From assembly GCF_009914755.1 (NCBI RefSeq), contig NC_060944.1: a stretch of DNA of 64,000 nt. One strand, 5' to 3'. The notes below the pieces were generated by a model. It did no database searches and was not told the DNA's origin. It saw only the letters and a program-made list of their open reading frames with translations. The position numbers and the translations under genes are program-made. Source of the DNA: the human T2T-CHM13v2.0 reference genome, Homo sapiens. Positions 47,051 to 62,382 of this stretch are shown here, piece by piece. How positions within the stretch are numbered: the stretch's first letter is position 1; each line of letters opens with the position of its first letter.

Positions 47051-48329
47051 GATTGAATCTGTGGGCACAAATCGAACTCTTCTGAGATAAAATATTGATT
47101 GGAAAGTTCTTTAGGGAAGCCCACATGGAGTGCAAAAGAAACAACAAGGACATTCCAGGCAGCCCGTCTGTACTAGTAAAAACTCAGAAATAATGTAAAG
47201 ACTCACCCATAGGAGAATGGCAAAGTGAAGCACATCTCCGCTTATAGAATGCTACTTAGCAATTTAAAAAGAACAATGAACGTTAACTCAGTATGCCCTG
47301 ATACAGCAAGACCTATAAGACTTATTTTCCAGCAGAAAAAAAAAAGTGGCAATGATTTGTGTGAAAGAATGAAACAATATATAAATTTCCATAGAACAGG
47401 CAAGTCTCTTTCCAAATAATACATGTATATGTACTTTTATACAGTCTTGTGAGGACACATACCAAACCCACAGTATAAGTACTGAATTGAGTGTGGGGTC
47501 AAAAGAGAATCCAGCCATATCTGCTGTTTTAATTTTTAACGATAAAATTTTGGTCATGAATTACTTATGCAATTAAAAATTAACAATAAACACTCGAGGC
47601 AGCTGAAAGTAACCTCACACTGCTTCAAGCTAAAAGTAAACTGCTTCTACTACACAGTGCTAAAATAAACAGGAATAAATAGGAAAAAAGACATATTCAG
47701 CCACTTCCCAAGGTATAAAACAAAGGGGTGAGAAATAAGCAAAATGACTGGAATCTTTTTATGATTTAAATTTTTATTTTAACTGGCTGTGTCCCATATA
47801 CACAGTGCAATTATCTTTCTTCAAAATATCATCACTCAGTTGAATGATCCTGCCACATAAAAAACAGGTTTGGCACAATCGTTGCATATTGTTGGGAAAT
47901 TATCATCAACTTTCTTTTCTCTTCAAAAAAAAAATTCACAATGACACTGATGAGTTTTGTTGTTTTTCATCTAATACCTCCACCCAGTTTAAATCCATAG
48001 TCTGCATAAAATCCTTGAAATGTGACCTTAATGGTGGAAATATCCTATGTGAGACAGAGCATTGTCTCCAAAATACGGTTTTTCGGGACTCATAACATGG
48101 GGACAATTGCACCTTCTCTCGGGTCATCACACCCATCAGGCTCTTAGATATCTCTGCCCCACGAGGTCTGCCATTTAATCCCTGCTGTCAACTCTACGAG
48201 GCCTCCACTCTCATAAACCCTTCTTTCAGAGCCTGGAAGCGCATGAATCAGTTTGCATTCATATATGTGGTTTCAAACCCACATGGAAATTTCTTCTATC
48301 CCCTTTGCTGATTTTGCCCATTCTCATGG

Positions 48330-49590
<1,261 letters not shown>

Positions 49591-52011
49591 ATTAGAAATG
49601 TATTTATTGAGTTCTGTGCTATGTACTCAACACTTCGCTAAGAAGTAGGGAGTATTTTGTAAAACGCATGGGATCAAATGCCATCATCTTTGCCCTTAAA
49701 GAAGTTGTATTTTATTTGAAGAGACCAAACTCTGCACAGTGAGAAAATGAAACTAACAACATAAGCCAGTACATTTGAGTACTCGATTTAAGTACTAAAT
49801 TATATGTTTTTGGTCACGTCGAGTTGACCAGAGGAACTTCTGGTGGGATAGGCCAGCCAAATGGTTTACTTATGAATAAGAGGGGTAAAGTTACAGAAGT
49901 TGGAGAAGTAAGAAACAATGAATTCTGGAATATCCAGAGAGGTCGTCATGGAGAAGGTTAAATGTATACCAACCTAAGACAGGTCGGAATTAGTTAAAAG
50001 TGCTTGAAAACACCTAGAGTGATGGTCCTTAGGTTCCCGAAGTAATGTTAATAAAAGGGAGCCCATTTACCTGCCAAATAGCAGGATATTTTATTATCTT
50101 TCCAGTGTATCCCATAACGAGGAGTGCCAGAAATTCCCCAGGTCAACTCAGAATTAATATGAGACACAATCACAGAGATCTTAGTTTCCAAACTCCCAAG
50201 TCCATGCCTGTATGTTCTTCCCCTTCCCAACACAGGCCCTGATGCACTGTATCTTTTTGAGGCTGAAGAGAGGGACGGAACCTTCTCCTAAGAAACAGGC
50301 TGCAGCTACCATCTCTGCCCTTGGTCCAAAGTGCTGTCTCCTCCCATCTTATCCTTGCCAGCTCTAGTCAATTTTGGAGCATTAGCATCTTTCCATAAGC
50401 AGTGATAAATCGGGACATTGCAAGACAGCTGGTGTCCCACACCAAACCTCAGAAATCTTACCAGCTAGAGGCAAACAGATGTTCTCTGCCTTTCCTACCT
50501 TGTTTACCAAGGGCTGTAACTAGTCCTGGGCTTTGGGTATGTTTGCTTAACAGATGCATCCTAATGCAAATTAACTGGGAAGGAATGGGAAAAAATAAAC
50601 AAAAAATGCAAATGTTTAGCCACTCAAAATTTTCTGTCTTAAAAATACTCTCCAGGAACAAATGGCAATGAGAGCGAAGTTCAAAATGTTCCTATTTCTT
50701 CTGAGTTCACAGCTAATGTTCTTTTTATACTAGGCCTTCATGTGATTATTAAGGACAAAGATCAAGAAATAGAAGGGAACTCCAAATGGAAAGGGGAAGA
50801 AAATTGGGATGGAAAGAGAAAGCCCTAAGTGTGGTATACTCAAAGAACACTAAGAGGCAAGGCTGGCTCCAAAACATCCATGTAGGAAAACTGGAAGAGT
50901 GATGATATTTTTGGAAGATTGTGCAAGAGAACTGTTCTTGAGCTCCTGAGTTCTTGAGCAAGGACACTCTTTGGACGAGATCTTTTGCTTATTTAGGATT
51001 GTGGGGCTGTTAGAAATTATCAAGGGCTAAATTTCACCCCAGCTACCTCTTGGCACTACTGATAACAGACAAGAGACAGCTGTAACCAAACTGAAGGTAC
51101 ATTGCAGTAACGTGAAGGGAGGATTAGAGACCCCAGCTAGAGAAAAAGAACAGGTACATGCCTAGAATAAGACAGTAACAGCTGAAAGGAAAGGAAAGAT
51201 ACAAGAAACCCTCCAGGGGGAATTCAATAAGATGCAGTGAGTGGATACATTTAGGAGATGCCAGAGAAGAGTGAGTCAGAAATTCTCCAAGGCTGCAGGC
51301 TTGGCAGGCTGAGCGTGTATGTCAGAGAAGTCAGGAGTAGATACAAGTTTGGGGGCATAATGATGAATTTGTTTCTCCACCTGCTAAATTTGAGGTAACA
51401 GCAAGATATACAGGTGACAATGCCCAGTAGGTTGTTGAAGATATAGGAGCCAGTCCAAATAGAGTTCCTGGTATTTGTTAAAATAGCACTGACTGGAAAA
51501 CTCACCTAAAACACACAAGCATTGCAGTGCTTTGCTGAAACCTCTGAAGCTTATGAATTGTCTGTTCTCAGTTCTTTGTGAAATGCTGAGTTATAGATAT
51601 ATAACCCCAAGGCTCATGATATCTAAGTCTTTCTAAACAAATAGCTGTGAGTGCAAAGAATCATAAGGTCTGGAAATGTCTGGGCTGGAAATACTCCAGT
51701 TAAGCTTGGACTGTGGACATTCCTCCCTCCCCCAAAACCTTTGTGAATTTTATAATATCTGAGTATCACTACATAACTGGCTGTAGCAACGTAGCATCTC
51801 TATACTGTTGTCAACTTCGTATCTATTTGTAAAACAGTACTGCTTTTTACCAAAATAAATTTAATTTACAAAGTAGTACCGTAAGTGAAAAAACAGTATC
51901 ACATGAATAAAATACAATGGTAAAAATACAGCTAATGAGGAAAAAGATATTAAAGCTAGCTGATTACTAGCTGTTGTACACATTTGTCATTTTTTGCATG
52001 CTTGACTTCTC

Positions 52012-52522
52012 TGTTGTTCAATATCCAGTGTCAACTTGATTGGATTGAAGGATGCAAAGTATTGTTCCTGGGTGTGTCTGTGAGGGTGTTGCCAAAGGAG
52101 ATTAACATTCGAGTCAGTGGACTGGGAAAGGCAGACCCACCCTCAATCTGGGTGGGCACCGTCTAATCAGCTGCCAGTGCGGCCAGAATAAAAGCAGACA
52201 GAAGAACCTGGAAAGACTAGACTGGTTTAGTCTTCTGGCCTCCATCTTTCTCCCATGCTGGATGCTTCTTGCCCTCGAATACTGGACTCCAGGTTCTTCA
52301 GCTTTGGGACTCTTGGACCTTTGTCCACAGACTGAAGGCTGCACTGTCAGCTTCCCCACTTTTGAGGTTTTGGGACTTGGATTGGCTTCCTTGCTCCTTA
52401 GCTTGCAAATGGACTATTATGGGATTTCACCTTGTGATCATGTGTGTCAATTCTCCTAATAAACTCCCCTTTATATATACATACGTCTTATTAGTTCTGT
52501 CCCTTTAGAGAACCCTAATACT
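52012..52522 (+). mobile_element. MLT2A1/MLT2A2 solo LTR (HERVL)
   Basis: gtgtcaacttgattggattgaaggatgcaaagtattgttcctgggtgtgtctgtgagggtgttgccaaaggag...tattagttctgtccctttagagaaccctaatac. Confidence 0.88.
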
Positions 52523-52819
52523 GAAACTTCTGAAAATCCTTCCTTTATGAGGAAGTCCAAATTACAGGGCAGGGTCTTGATTTTTCAAATGTATGCTGAA
52601 GGGGGATACAGATTTCTGCTCCCCATCTAACTCTAAGTGACCCTGTATTCTGGCTCATAGCCTTGCAAGGAAAGAACCAAAGACAAAAGGATGAATTTCT
52701 GAGACGCCCACACTGCAGTGTGTGGTGCACTGCCAGCTGCCACCCACAGTGCCCATGCAGGCCCGTCTCATGACATTTCTTGCTTAATTTATCAGATTCC
52801 TGGCTTTCCTTGGTTGTTG

Positions 52820-53070
52820 ATGTAGTGTCCCTGCAAAACTTAGGGTCACTCAGAACCTCATAATGTGACCTTACTTAGAAATAGGGCTTTTGCGGATATA
52901 ATCAGTTCAGGATCCCAAGATGAAATGCTGAATTTGTTGTGGGCTCTAAATCCAATCCTTAGAAGACAGGAGGACACTCAGATGCACAGAGCAGACCATG
53001 TGAAGAGAAACGCAGAGATAGGAGGGATGTACCTACAAGCCAAGGAATGCCTGGAGCCACCGGAAGCCTG
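52820..53070 (+). mobile_element. MLT1B/C LTR 5' fragment
   Basis: gaacctcataatgtgaccttacttagaaatagggc...caagccaaggaatgcctggagccaccggaagc. Confidence 0.75.
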
Positions 53071-53539
53071 TCAAAGTATCTGAGCCTGAGATCTATTTTT
53101 TGTTGAAATGAAAGTAGCAAGTGTTAAAGAGCTGTTAACAGCAGAGCAGTGCTAAATTGAGACTGTCCCCATGGGGCAATTAGAAAGACTGAAAGAAACT
53201 GGAAGGTAAATGACCTTGTATGATGTAATGTTATTTAATGGTATGTCTGTTTTTTGCCTGAAGCCATCTAATGCAGCACTAGTGATATGTCCCCTATCTT
53301 GGTAAATATTGGTTTAGTAAAATGTCCCGCCTTTATAAATAGGAGATTGGGTCTTGGTAAAGCAAAATGAAAGCACACAATCCCATGGATAGGCTAGAAG
53401 AGTCAAGTCCATGACTCTGTTCTTCCACGTTTCCTCCTTTTGCTCCCCACTCCACTGTTTTACCCCTTTATACATCTCTTCTTCAGGGCTTTCCTAACTA
53501 TGTTTCTAGCTTTTGTAAGCTCCGTGCTTTAACATCTGC

Positions 53540-54720
53540 CCTATGTGCATATGCTGACACCACTCGTTCTGGACAATAAGGTGATATGCCCAAGTCACCT
53601 CGCCTTGGTCTCCTACCTCCCTCATCATCAACACCTCCCCTCCTTGGGAGGAGTCCTCCTCCTGGGGCATGTTTTCAAATGCAAACCCACCAGTTCAGAG
53701 TTCACACTCCTGTCATCCCTCTTATCAGGATCACACCATTCAGGCCACTATTCACCTCCCCTAATTACCCCAGAGCCAGGTACCAGACAGCTAAAGACAG
53801 CCTCCATGCCCAGGGTCTGCTGAAATTATTCAAATTAGCCAATCCTGAGCCTGCTGACCCTGCCTTCCCTGTTGCTTCCCATGGAAACCACAACAAAGGC
53901 TCTACCCACCGTTTTCTTCTCCCTCTGCCTCTGATCAGCCCTAGTGCTCCCCCACAAGGCCCCCCATGGCATGACATGCCCCTTGCATGAGGACTGTAAC
54001 AAACTACCTTTTTTTTTTAAATTTTATTATTATTATACTTTAAGTTTTAGGGTATATGTGCACAACGTGCAGGTTTGTTACACATGTATACATGTGCCAT
54101 GTTGGTGTGCTGCACCCATTAACTCATTATTTAGCATTAGGTATATCTCCTAATGCTATCCCTCCCCGCTGCCCCCACCCCACAACAGGCCCCGGTGTGT
54201 GATGTTCCCCTTCCTGTGTCCATGTGTTCTCATTGTTCAATTCCCACCTATGAGTGAGAACATGCGGTGTTTGGTTTTTTTGTCCTTGCGATAGTTTGCT
54301 GAGAATGATGGTTTCCAGCTTCATCCATGTCCCTACAAAGGGCATGAACTCATCATTTTTTATGGCTGCATAGTATTCCATGGTGTATATGTGCCACATT
54401 TTCTTAATCCAGTCTATCATTGTTGGACATTTGGGTTGGTTCCAAGTCTTTGCTATTGTGAATAGTGCCACAATAAACATACGTGTGCATGTGTCTTTAT
54501 AGCAGTATGATTTATAATCCTTTGGGTATATACCCAGTAATGGGATGGCTGGGTCAAATGGCATTTCTAGTTCTAGATCCCTGAGGAATTGCCACACTGA
54601 CTTCCATAATGAACAAACTACCTTTTCACTGTTAATCATCTCCTGATCTGTTGGCCTTGATACACCTCGATTTTCTATACTTTAAGACAAGAGTCTCAGG
54701 AAGCAACTATATCCCTTCAG
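53540..54720 (+). mobile_element. ERVL LTR (MER74/MER54-like) split by an L1PA
   Basis: gccaggtaccagacagcta...gctgaaattattcaaattagccaatcct...ggaaaccacaacaaaggctct; limits approximate. Confidence 0.6.
54013..54611 (-). mobile_element. 5'-truncated L1PA4-type
   Basis: 3' UTR and ORF2 end; TSD aacaaactacctttt at 53998-54012 and 54612-54626. Confidence 0.93.
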
Positions 54721-55025
54721 TCACCATAACTGATAAAATTCCAATAACCTTGAACATCACTGGGATCTATTATCATAAAATTTGCTTCTTGGAATATTGT
54801 TCCATTTTCAAGGGAGATGAAGATTTTCTGGTGAATTCTTCACACACCTGTGTTTTGGTGATAAAGTAAAAACCTGAGTAATAGGGAAGCAGCATGACTC
54901 TGGAGGCAGGCCATGGGGTTTCAATTCAGCCTTCCCCATTTATTGATGATGGCATTATGACTAGTGATTAACTTCTCTAGCCCCAACTCCACCATCTGTA
55001 AATATCAGTACTAGTAGTACCACCC

Positions 55026-55391
55026 TGTCTTAGTCTATTCAAGATGCCATAAGAGAATACCACAATCTGGGTGGCTTGTAAACCACACAAATTTATATCT
55101 TACAGTCATGGTGGCTGATAAGTCCAAGATTGGGACACTGACAGGTTTAGTGATTGCTGAGGGTCCGCTTTCTGGTTCATAGACTGTACCTTCTCATGTA
55201 GTATCCTCACATAGGGGAAGAGCAGGGAATCTCTCTGAAGTCTCTTTTGTAAAGGCATTAATCCTATTCATGAGGGCAGAACATTCATGACATTCTCACC
55301 TTCCAAAGACTGCATCTCCTACTACTGTCACCTGGGGGGTTAGGATTTCAACATCGGACTTTGGAGGGACATAAACATTCAGACCATAGCA
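55026..55391 (-). mobile_element. MLT1A LTR inserted in a MIR
   Basis: tgtcttagtc...acataaacattcagaccatagca; 5-bp TSD caccc on both sides. Confidence 0.85.
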
Positions 55392-55451
55392 CACCCTCAT
55401 GGGATTCTTTTGAGGAGTATAGGACTTCATGCAGATGAAGTACACAGTATA

Positions 55452-57716
55452 ATTTTTTTTATTTCAATAGGTTTTTAGGGAGCAGGTGGTTTTTGGTTAC
55501 GTGAATAAGTTCTTTAGTGGTGATTTCTGAAATTTTGGTGCACCCATCACCTGAGCAGTGTACACTGTACCCAATGTGTGGTTCCTTATCCCTCACCCTC
55601 CCTCTACCCTTTCCCCCGAGTCCCCAAAGTCCAATATGTCATTCTCATGCCTTTGCATCTTCATAGCTTAGCTCCCACTTATGAATGAGAACATATGATG
55701 TTTGGTTTTCCATTCCTGAGTCACTCCACTTAGAATAATAGTCTCCAATTCCATCCAGGTTGCTGCAAATGGCATTATTTTGTTCCTTTTTATGGCTGAG
55801 TAGTATTCCATGGGCATTTGGGCTGGTTTCGTATTTGTGCAATTGCAAATTGTGCTGCTATAAACATGTGTGTCCAAGTATCTTTTTTGTATAATGACTT
55901 CTTTTCCTCTGGGTAGATACCCAGTAGTGGGATTGCTGGGTCATATGGTTGATGTACTTTTAGATCTTTAAAGAATCTCCACACTGTTTTCCATAGTGGT
56001 TATACTAGTGTACCTTCCCACCAGCAGTGTAAAAATGTTCCCTTTTCATCACGTCCATGCCAACATCTATTTTTTTTTATTATGGCCATTCTTGCAGGAG
56101 TAAGGTGGTATCACATTATGGTTTTGATTTGCACTTCCCTGATCATTAGTGATATTGAGCATTTTTCCATATGTTTGTTGGCCATTTGTATATCTTCTTT
56201 TGAGAATTGTCTATTCATGTCCTTAGCCCACTTTTTGATGGGATTTTTTTTTTTTGGCTGATTTGCTTTCGTTCGTTTTAGATTCTGGATATTAGTCCTT
56301 TGTCAGATGTATAGATTGCAAAAATTTTCTGCCACTCTGTGCCTTGTCTGTTTACTCTGCTGATTGTTTCTTTTGCTGTGCAGAAGCTTTTTAGTTTAAT
56401 TAAGTCCCATCTATTTGTTTTTGTTGCATTTGCTTTTGGGTTCTTGGTCATGAACTCTTTGCCTAAGCCAATGTCTTGAAGGGTTTTTCCAACATTATCT
56501 TCTAGAATTTTTGTGGTTTTAGGTCTTAGATTTAACTATCTGAGCCATCTTCAGTTGATTTTTGTATAAGGTGAGAGATGAGGATCCAGTTTCATTTTTC
56601 TACATGTGGTTTGCCAGTTATTCCACCACCATTCATTGAATAGGGTGTCCTTTCCCCACTTTGTTTTTGTTTGCTTTGTTGAAGATCAATTGGCTGTAAA
56701 TATCTGGCTTTATTTCTGGTTTCTCTATTCTGTTCCATTGATCTATGTGCCTATTTTTATAGCAGTATCATGCTGTTTTGTTGACTATGGTCTTGTAGTA
56801 TAGTTTCAGGTCAGGTAACGTGATGCCTCCAGATTTGTTCTTTTTGCTTAGTCTTCCTTTGGCTATGTGTCCTCTTTTCTGGTTCTATAGGAATTTTAGG
56901 ATTGTCTTTTCTAGTTCTGTGAAGAATTATATTGGTATTTTTTATGGGAATTGCATTGAATTTGTAGACTGCTTTTGGAATAAGGTCATTTTCACAACAT
57001 TGATTTTACCCATCCATGAGAATGGGATGTTTTTCCATGTTTGTGTCATGTGTGATTTCTTTCAGCAGTGTTTTGTAGTTGTGTTTGCAGAGGTCGTTCC
57101 TCTCCTTGGTTAAGTATATTCCTAAGTTGTGGGGTTTTTTCTTGCAGCTATTGTAAAATGAGTTCCTGATTTGATTATCAGCTTGGTTGCTGTTGGTGTA
57201 CAGCAGAGCTGCCGATTTGTATACATTAATTCTGTATCCTGAAACTTTGCTGAATTCATTTACCAGTTCTAGGAGCTTTTTGGATTAGTCTTTAGGGTTT
57301 TCTAGATATGCAAACATATCATCAGCTAACATTGACAGTTTGACTTCCTCTTTCCTGATTTGGATGCCCTTTATTTCTTTCTCTTGTCTGACTGCTCTGG
57401 CTAGGTCTTCCAGTACTATGTTGAATAGAAGTGGTGAAAGTGGGCATCCTTGTCTTGTTTCAGTTCTCAGAGGGAATACTTTCAACTTTTCCCTATTCAG
57501 TATAATGTTGGCTGTGGGTTTGTCATTGAGGACTTTTATTACCTTAAGGTATATCCTTTCTATGCTGATTTTGCTGAGGGTTTTAATCATAAAGGGATGC
57601 TGGATTTGGTCAAAGGCTTTTTCTGTGACTATTGAGATTTTCATGTGATTTTTGTTTTTAATTCTGTTTATGTGGTGTATCACATTTATTGACTTATGTA
57701 TGTTAAACCATCCCTG
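55452..57716 (-). mobile_element. 5'-truncated L1PB1-type, ~2.3 kb
   Basis: L1PB 3' UTR; RT fragment in ORF 57285-57740 ([12 protein letters not shown]); acacagtat repeated at both ends. Confidence 0.9.
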
Positions 57717-58288
57717 AGGACACAGTATCATTCTGGCCAAAGAGTGAGGAAGGGCTCAATAGATTCAAACTCATAACTAGATAAATAGCTTCAAATAATG
57801 AACATCAGGCTATTTGTCCCCAGTCCTTGCCTTGCTTTGAAGTGAGGACTTTCCTGAGAGTAAAGCTATGTCTTTCCAGGTAAACTCTGGGACCCCAGGT
57901 AAGTTAATTCTGGGATCCTTTGTCTTCATTCAGGAGATGTTCCAAGGTGAGAAGCTCCCTAATTAAAACTGGACCAATAATAATAATAACCAATAAAGCC
58001 AGTAAACCACATGTAAGGGCCTACATGCAGGCTAACTCTGTAGATTTCATCTTTTTTTTTCTTATTGAGAATGTTCTGACCCCAGAATTCATGCTCTTAA
58101 CTACCAAACTATTGCACTTATTGCTGTACAAACTTGGGGTCCACTGCTCTATTTCAAACTCTTCACATCTCTTGCCTGATCATTAATAATGACTTTATAA
58201 CAACACTGGCTTCCCTATTTCAAATCCTGCAAACATCTCCTTCAGCCTCCACATGACCACCAACTACCATTATAATTATGTACACATA

Positions 58289-58625
58289 CAGTCATGTGTC
58301 ATGTAACAATGGAGATACATTCTGAGAAATGCATCATCAGGTGATTTTGTCATTGTGGGAACATCATAGAATGCACTTACACAAACCTAAATGGTGTGGC
58401 CTACTATACACATAGGCTAGATGGTATGACCTATAGTCCTAGGCTACAACCCTGTACAGCATGTGACTGTATTGAATACTGGAGGCAATTATAACACAAT
58501 AGTGAGCATTTGTGAATCTTAACATAGAAAAGATACAGTAAAAAGATGGTATTACAATCTTACAGAACCACCATCATATATGTGGTCAGTCATTGACCAA
58601 AATGTCATTATGTAGCTTATGACTA
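58289..58625. mobile_element. Tigger3a (MER7A)
   Basis: TA-cagtcatg...tatgacta-TA termini; acacaaacctaaatgg...ctaggctacaaccctgtacagcatg. Confidence 0.85.
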
Positions 58626-59191
58626 TACACATGTATAAATATACAACATATACACTTATAGACCTTAATATGCTATGTTATGCTATAATGTCCTATGATA
58701 TACTATAATATAGTCATTGTTCTTCTCAAAAACCTTTCACTATCTGCCCTGGCCCAAAGATAACATCCCAACTTCTTGGGGAGGCATATGTATTACTCCT
58801 TGACTCACCTGCAGGAGGGTCAGCATCCTCTCCCACCTCTCCATATATCACCCTGCCCACTCCGCCAGAGAACCTGCTGTTTACTATACTCAGCGGTAAT
58901 TCCACGATGTCACTCTTTCAGCAACTCCTTCTTCCCCCAAATGCCTTCCACTCTTCTCAAAATGCCTTCACCTGTTCTTCAAATGTCTCCTTTGGGGAGC
59001 CTTGCATGAAACCCCCAGGAAGAATTAAGGACAATTTTGAACACAACTCTAGATCAGGCCAACATCTTCTCTGTGCTGGGTACTGTCCCAGTCCTCCTAC
59101 CTGTTTACCTCACTTCCACCCTTGCCTCCTTCCAAGTCAATCCCATGGGAACCAGCATTTTCTGAAACTCAATAAAATTAGCTAGCATTTC

Positions 59192-59849
<658 letters not shown>

Positions 59850-60865
59850 TATATCTATATCTATAGATATCTATAGATATATATCTAGATATAGATCTAT
59901 GAGTATATATCTATAGATATCTAGATATATATTTATAGATAGATATATCTATAGATATCTATATATTTCTATCGATAGAGATATCTATAGATATCTATCA
60001 ATATATCTATAGATTTCTAGAGATATGTATCTAGATATAAATCTATAGACATAGATATAGATATATAGATATTTAACTGCCAATGTCCTAAACACTTTAT
60101 ACTCAACACATTTTTTATAAAAAAAAATAGATATCGGTCTAGATAGTATCTATCTAGATATCTGTGTAGATGTCTAGATATCTATCTAGATATTATCTAT
60201 CTAGATATCTGTCGCTATCTAGATATTATCTATCTAGATATCTGTCGCTATCTAGATATCTATCTAGATATCTGTCGCTATCTAGATATCTATCTAGATA
60301 TCTGTCGCTATCTAGATATCTAGATATCTGTCGCTATCTAGATATCTAGATATCTGTCGCTATCTAGATATCTAGATATCTGTCGCTATCTAGATATCTA
60401 GATATCTGTCGCTATCTAGATATCTAGATATCTGTCGCTATCTAGATATCTAGATATCTGTCGCTATCTAGATATCTATCTAGATAGTATCTGTCGCTAT
60501 CTAGATATCTATCTAGATAGTATCTGTCGCTATCTAGATATCTATCTAGATAGTATCTGTCGCTATCTAGATATCTATCTAGATAGTATCTGTCGCTATC
60601 TAGATATCTATCTAGATAGTATCTGTCGCTATCTAGATATCTATCTAGATAGTATCTGTCGCTATCTAGATATCTATCTAGATAGTATCTGTCGCTATCT
60701 AGATATCTAGATAGTATCTGTCGCTATCTAGATATCTAGATAGTATCTGTCTAGATAGCTATCTAGATAGTATCTGTCCAGATATCTGTAGCTATCTAGA
60801 TTGTATCTGTCTAGATATCTGTAGATATCTAGATATCTATATCTATCTGGATATCTATAGATATT
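59850..60865. repeat. TCTAGA/GATATC-rich palindromic repeat with an 18-copy VNTR core (60208-60745; 26-33 bp units)
   Basis: Core TCTGTCGCTATCTAGATA counted 18 times; spacings 33, 30, 30, 26 x6, 33 x7, 29. Confidence 0.95.
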
Positions 60866-61019
60866 TAACTGCCGGGCAATGTCCTAAACCCTTTACACTC
60901 AACACATTTCATTTTATAACAAAATATGAGGTAGATATTATTATTTCCCTCAACTCACAGAGAAGAAAAAAATGAAGCATATGGAGCCCATGGGCTAGTG
61001 ACAGAGCTGGTATATAAAT

Positions 61020-61498
61020 AAGGATTGAATTTGGCTGAAAAACCCCAAATAACAATGACTGAAATATGCAGTATCGGTTCACAAGTAGACAGTCCAGAGT
61101 GGGTAAGGTAGTTTCAGCTATCACAGGCCAGGCTCCTGCTTTCTTTCTGCTCTATCATTCCAGTGCATGGCTTACTTCACTAAGTTTACCTCATTGTACA
61201 AGACAGCTCTGGAAACTCAAGCCATCACATCTGTATTTCAAGGAACAGGACGGAAGAAAAAAAAAAAGGTAAGGCAAAAACATTATCCCCCAGAAGAGGT
61301 TCTTAAAGGAATCCTCCCTCACAATGCTTCCACTTATATCTCATTTATTGACAGAGCCATAGCAGCAAAGGAATCTGAGAAATATAGACTTTAGCTCTAC
61401 TCATATGTAGTGCCATTGTGAATAGCTAAATTTAGTTCTTTTAGTAAGACAAAACAGAGAACAAATATTTAGTAGGCTGTGTGCAATCTCTGCCACAG
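61020..61498 (-). mobile_element. MaLR LTR (MLT1J-like)
   Basis: ccccaaataacaatgact...caagccatcacatctgtatttca...cttccacttatatctcatt...tctctgccaca. Confidence 0.6.
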
Positions 61499-62382
61499 TC
61501 AGATTTAAATACCTACGGTATGATTTCGGGTTGAGAGTAGGTATGTGCCATGTTTCACATAAGTCAAGTGAAGCAAGACTCAAGCTAAAACCTTCCAATG
61601 GCTCTCCATGCTCCTGCAGTCAACTCCAAGTTTTCGACATGGGCCTAATAACCCATATGACCTGCAATGTCACCCTTTCCAACCTCGTTTTATGCCACTT
61701 ATTGTTTGTTCATTCTGCCCCAACCTCACTGTTCTTATCCCTGCTCCTCTAACAAACCAAGATTATTCCAAGTGCTGGAGACTTTTCATGCTCAATTCCT
61801 ATACAACTCAGCTCTTCTAGTCCTTCAAGTCATTCCCTCAGAGAAACTTTCCTTAACTAATGTAATTTCCACCCACATCCTCCCAGTATCCCATTGTCTC
61901 TCCCTTTCCACTAAACTCTAAGCTCTGAGAAGGCAGAAGCCATGATCTCTTGCTCACCATGACTCTCCAGCACCATAGTGCCTTGCACATAATAGGTGCA
62001 AAATTTGTGCTTGTTGGATCAGTGATCAAAGAATTACCATTATAATATATATTACTCCTGTAGCAATTATCTTTTGTGCCTCCCTAGGGAAGTGCTTTCT
62101 CTTATTCCAATCTGCATTTCATCCATGCTTACACTTGATAAGAACTTAATACATGATTGTTTACCGCCAACCAAGAACCATTTACTGCATCGACCATTTA
62201 TTGAGCTTCTTCAATATACCATGTATTCTACTTATTTCTAGCATAGGCACTGAGATGTCAAAATAACTAAGTTCATTTTGTGCCCTTGAATTTCCAAATC
62301 TAGCTCATTTCTGACCCAGGAATCTGTTGAAATTTTAAGAGATAACTCTCCTAACATGAAGGGAATCTCAAGAAGGAGGAGG

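Noticed and set aside
60208-60745. CRISPR-like appearance of palindromic 26-33 bp repeats
   Set aside because: There are no unique spacers and no cas genes, and the context is primate DNA. It is a VNTR.
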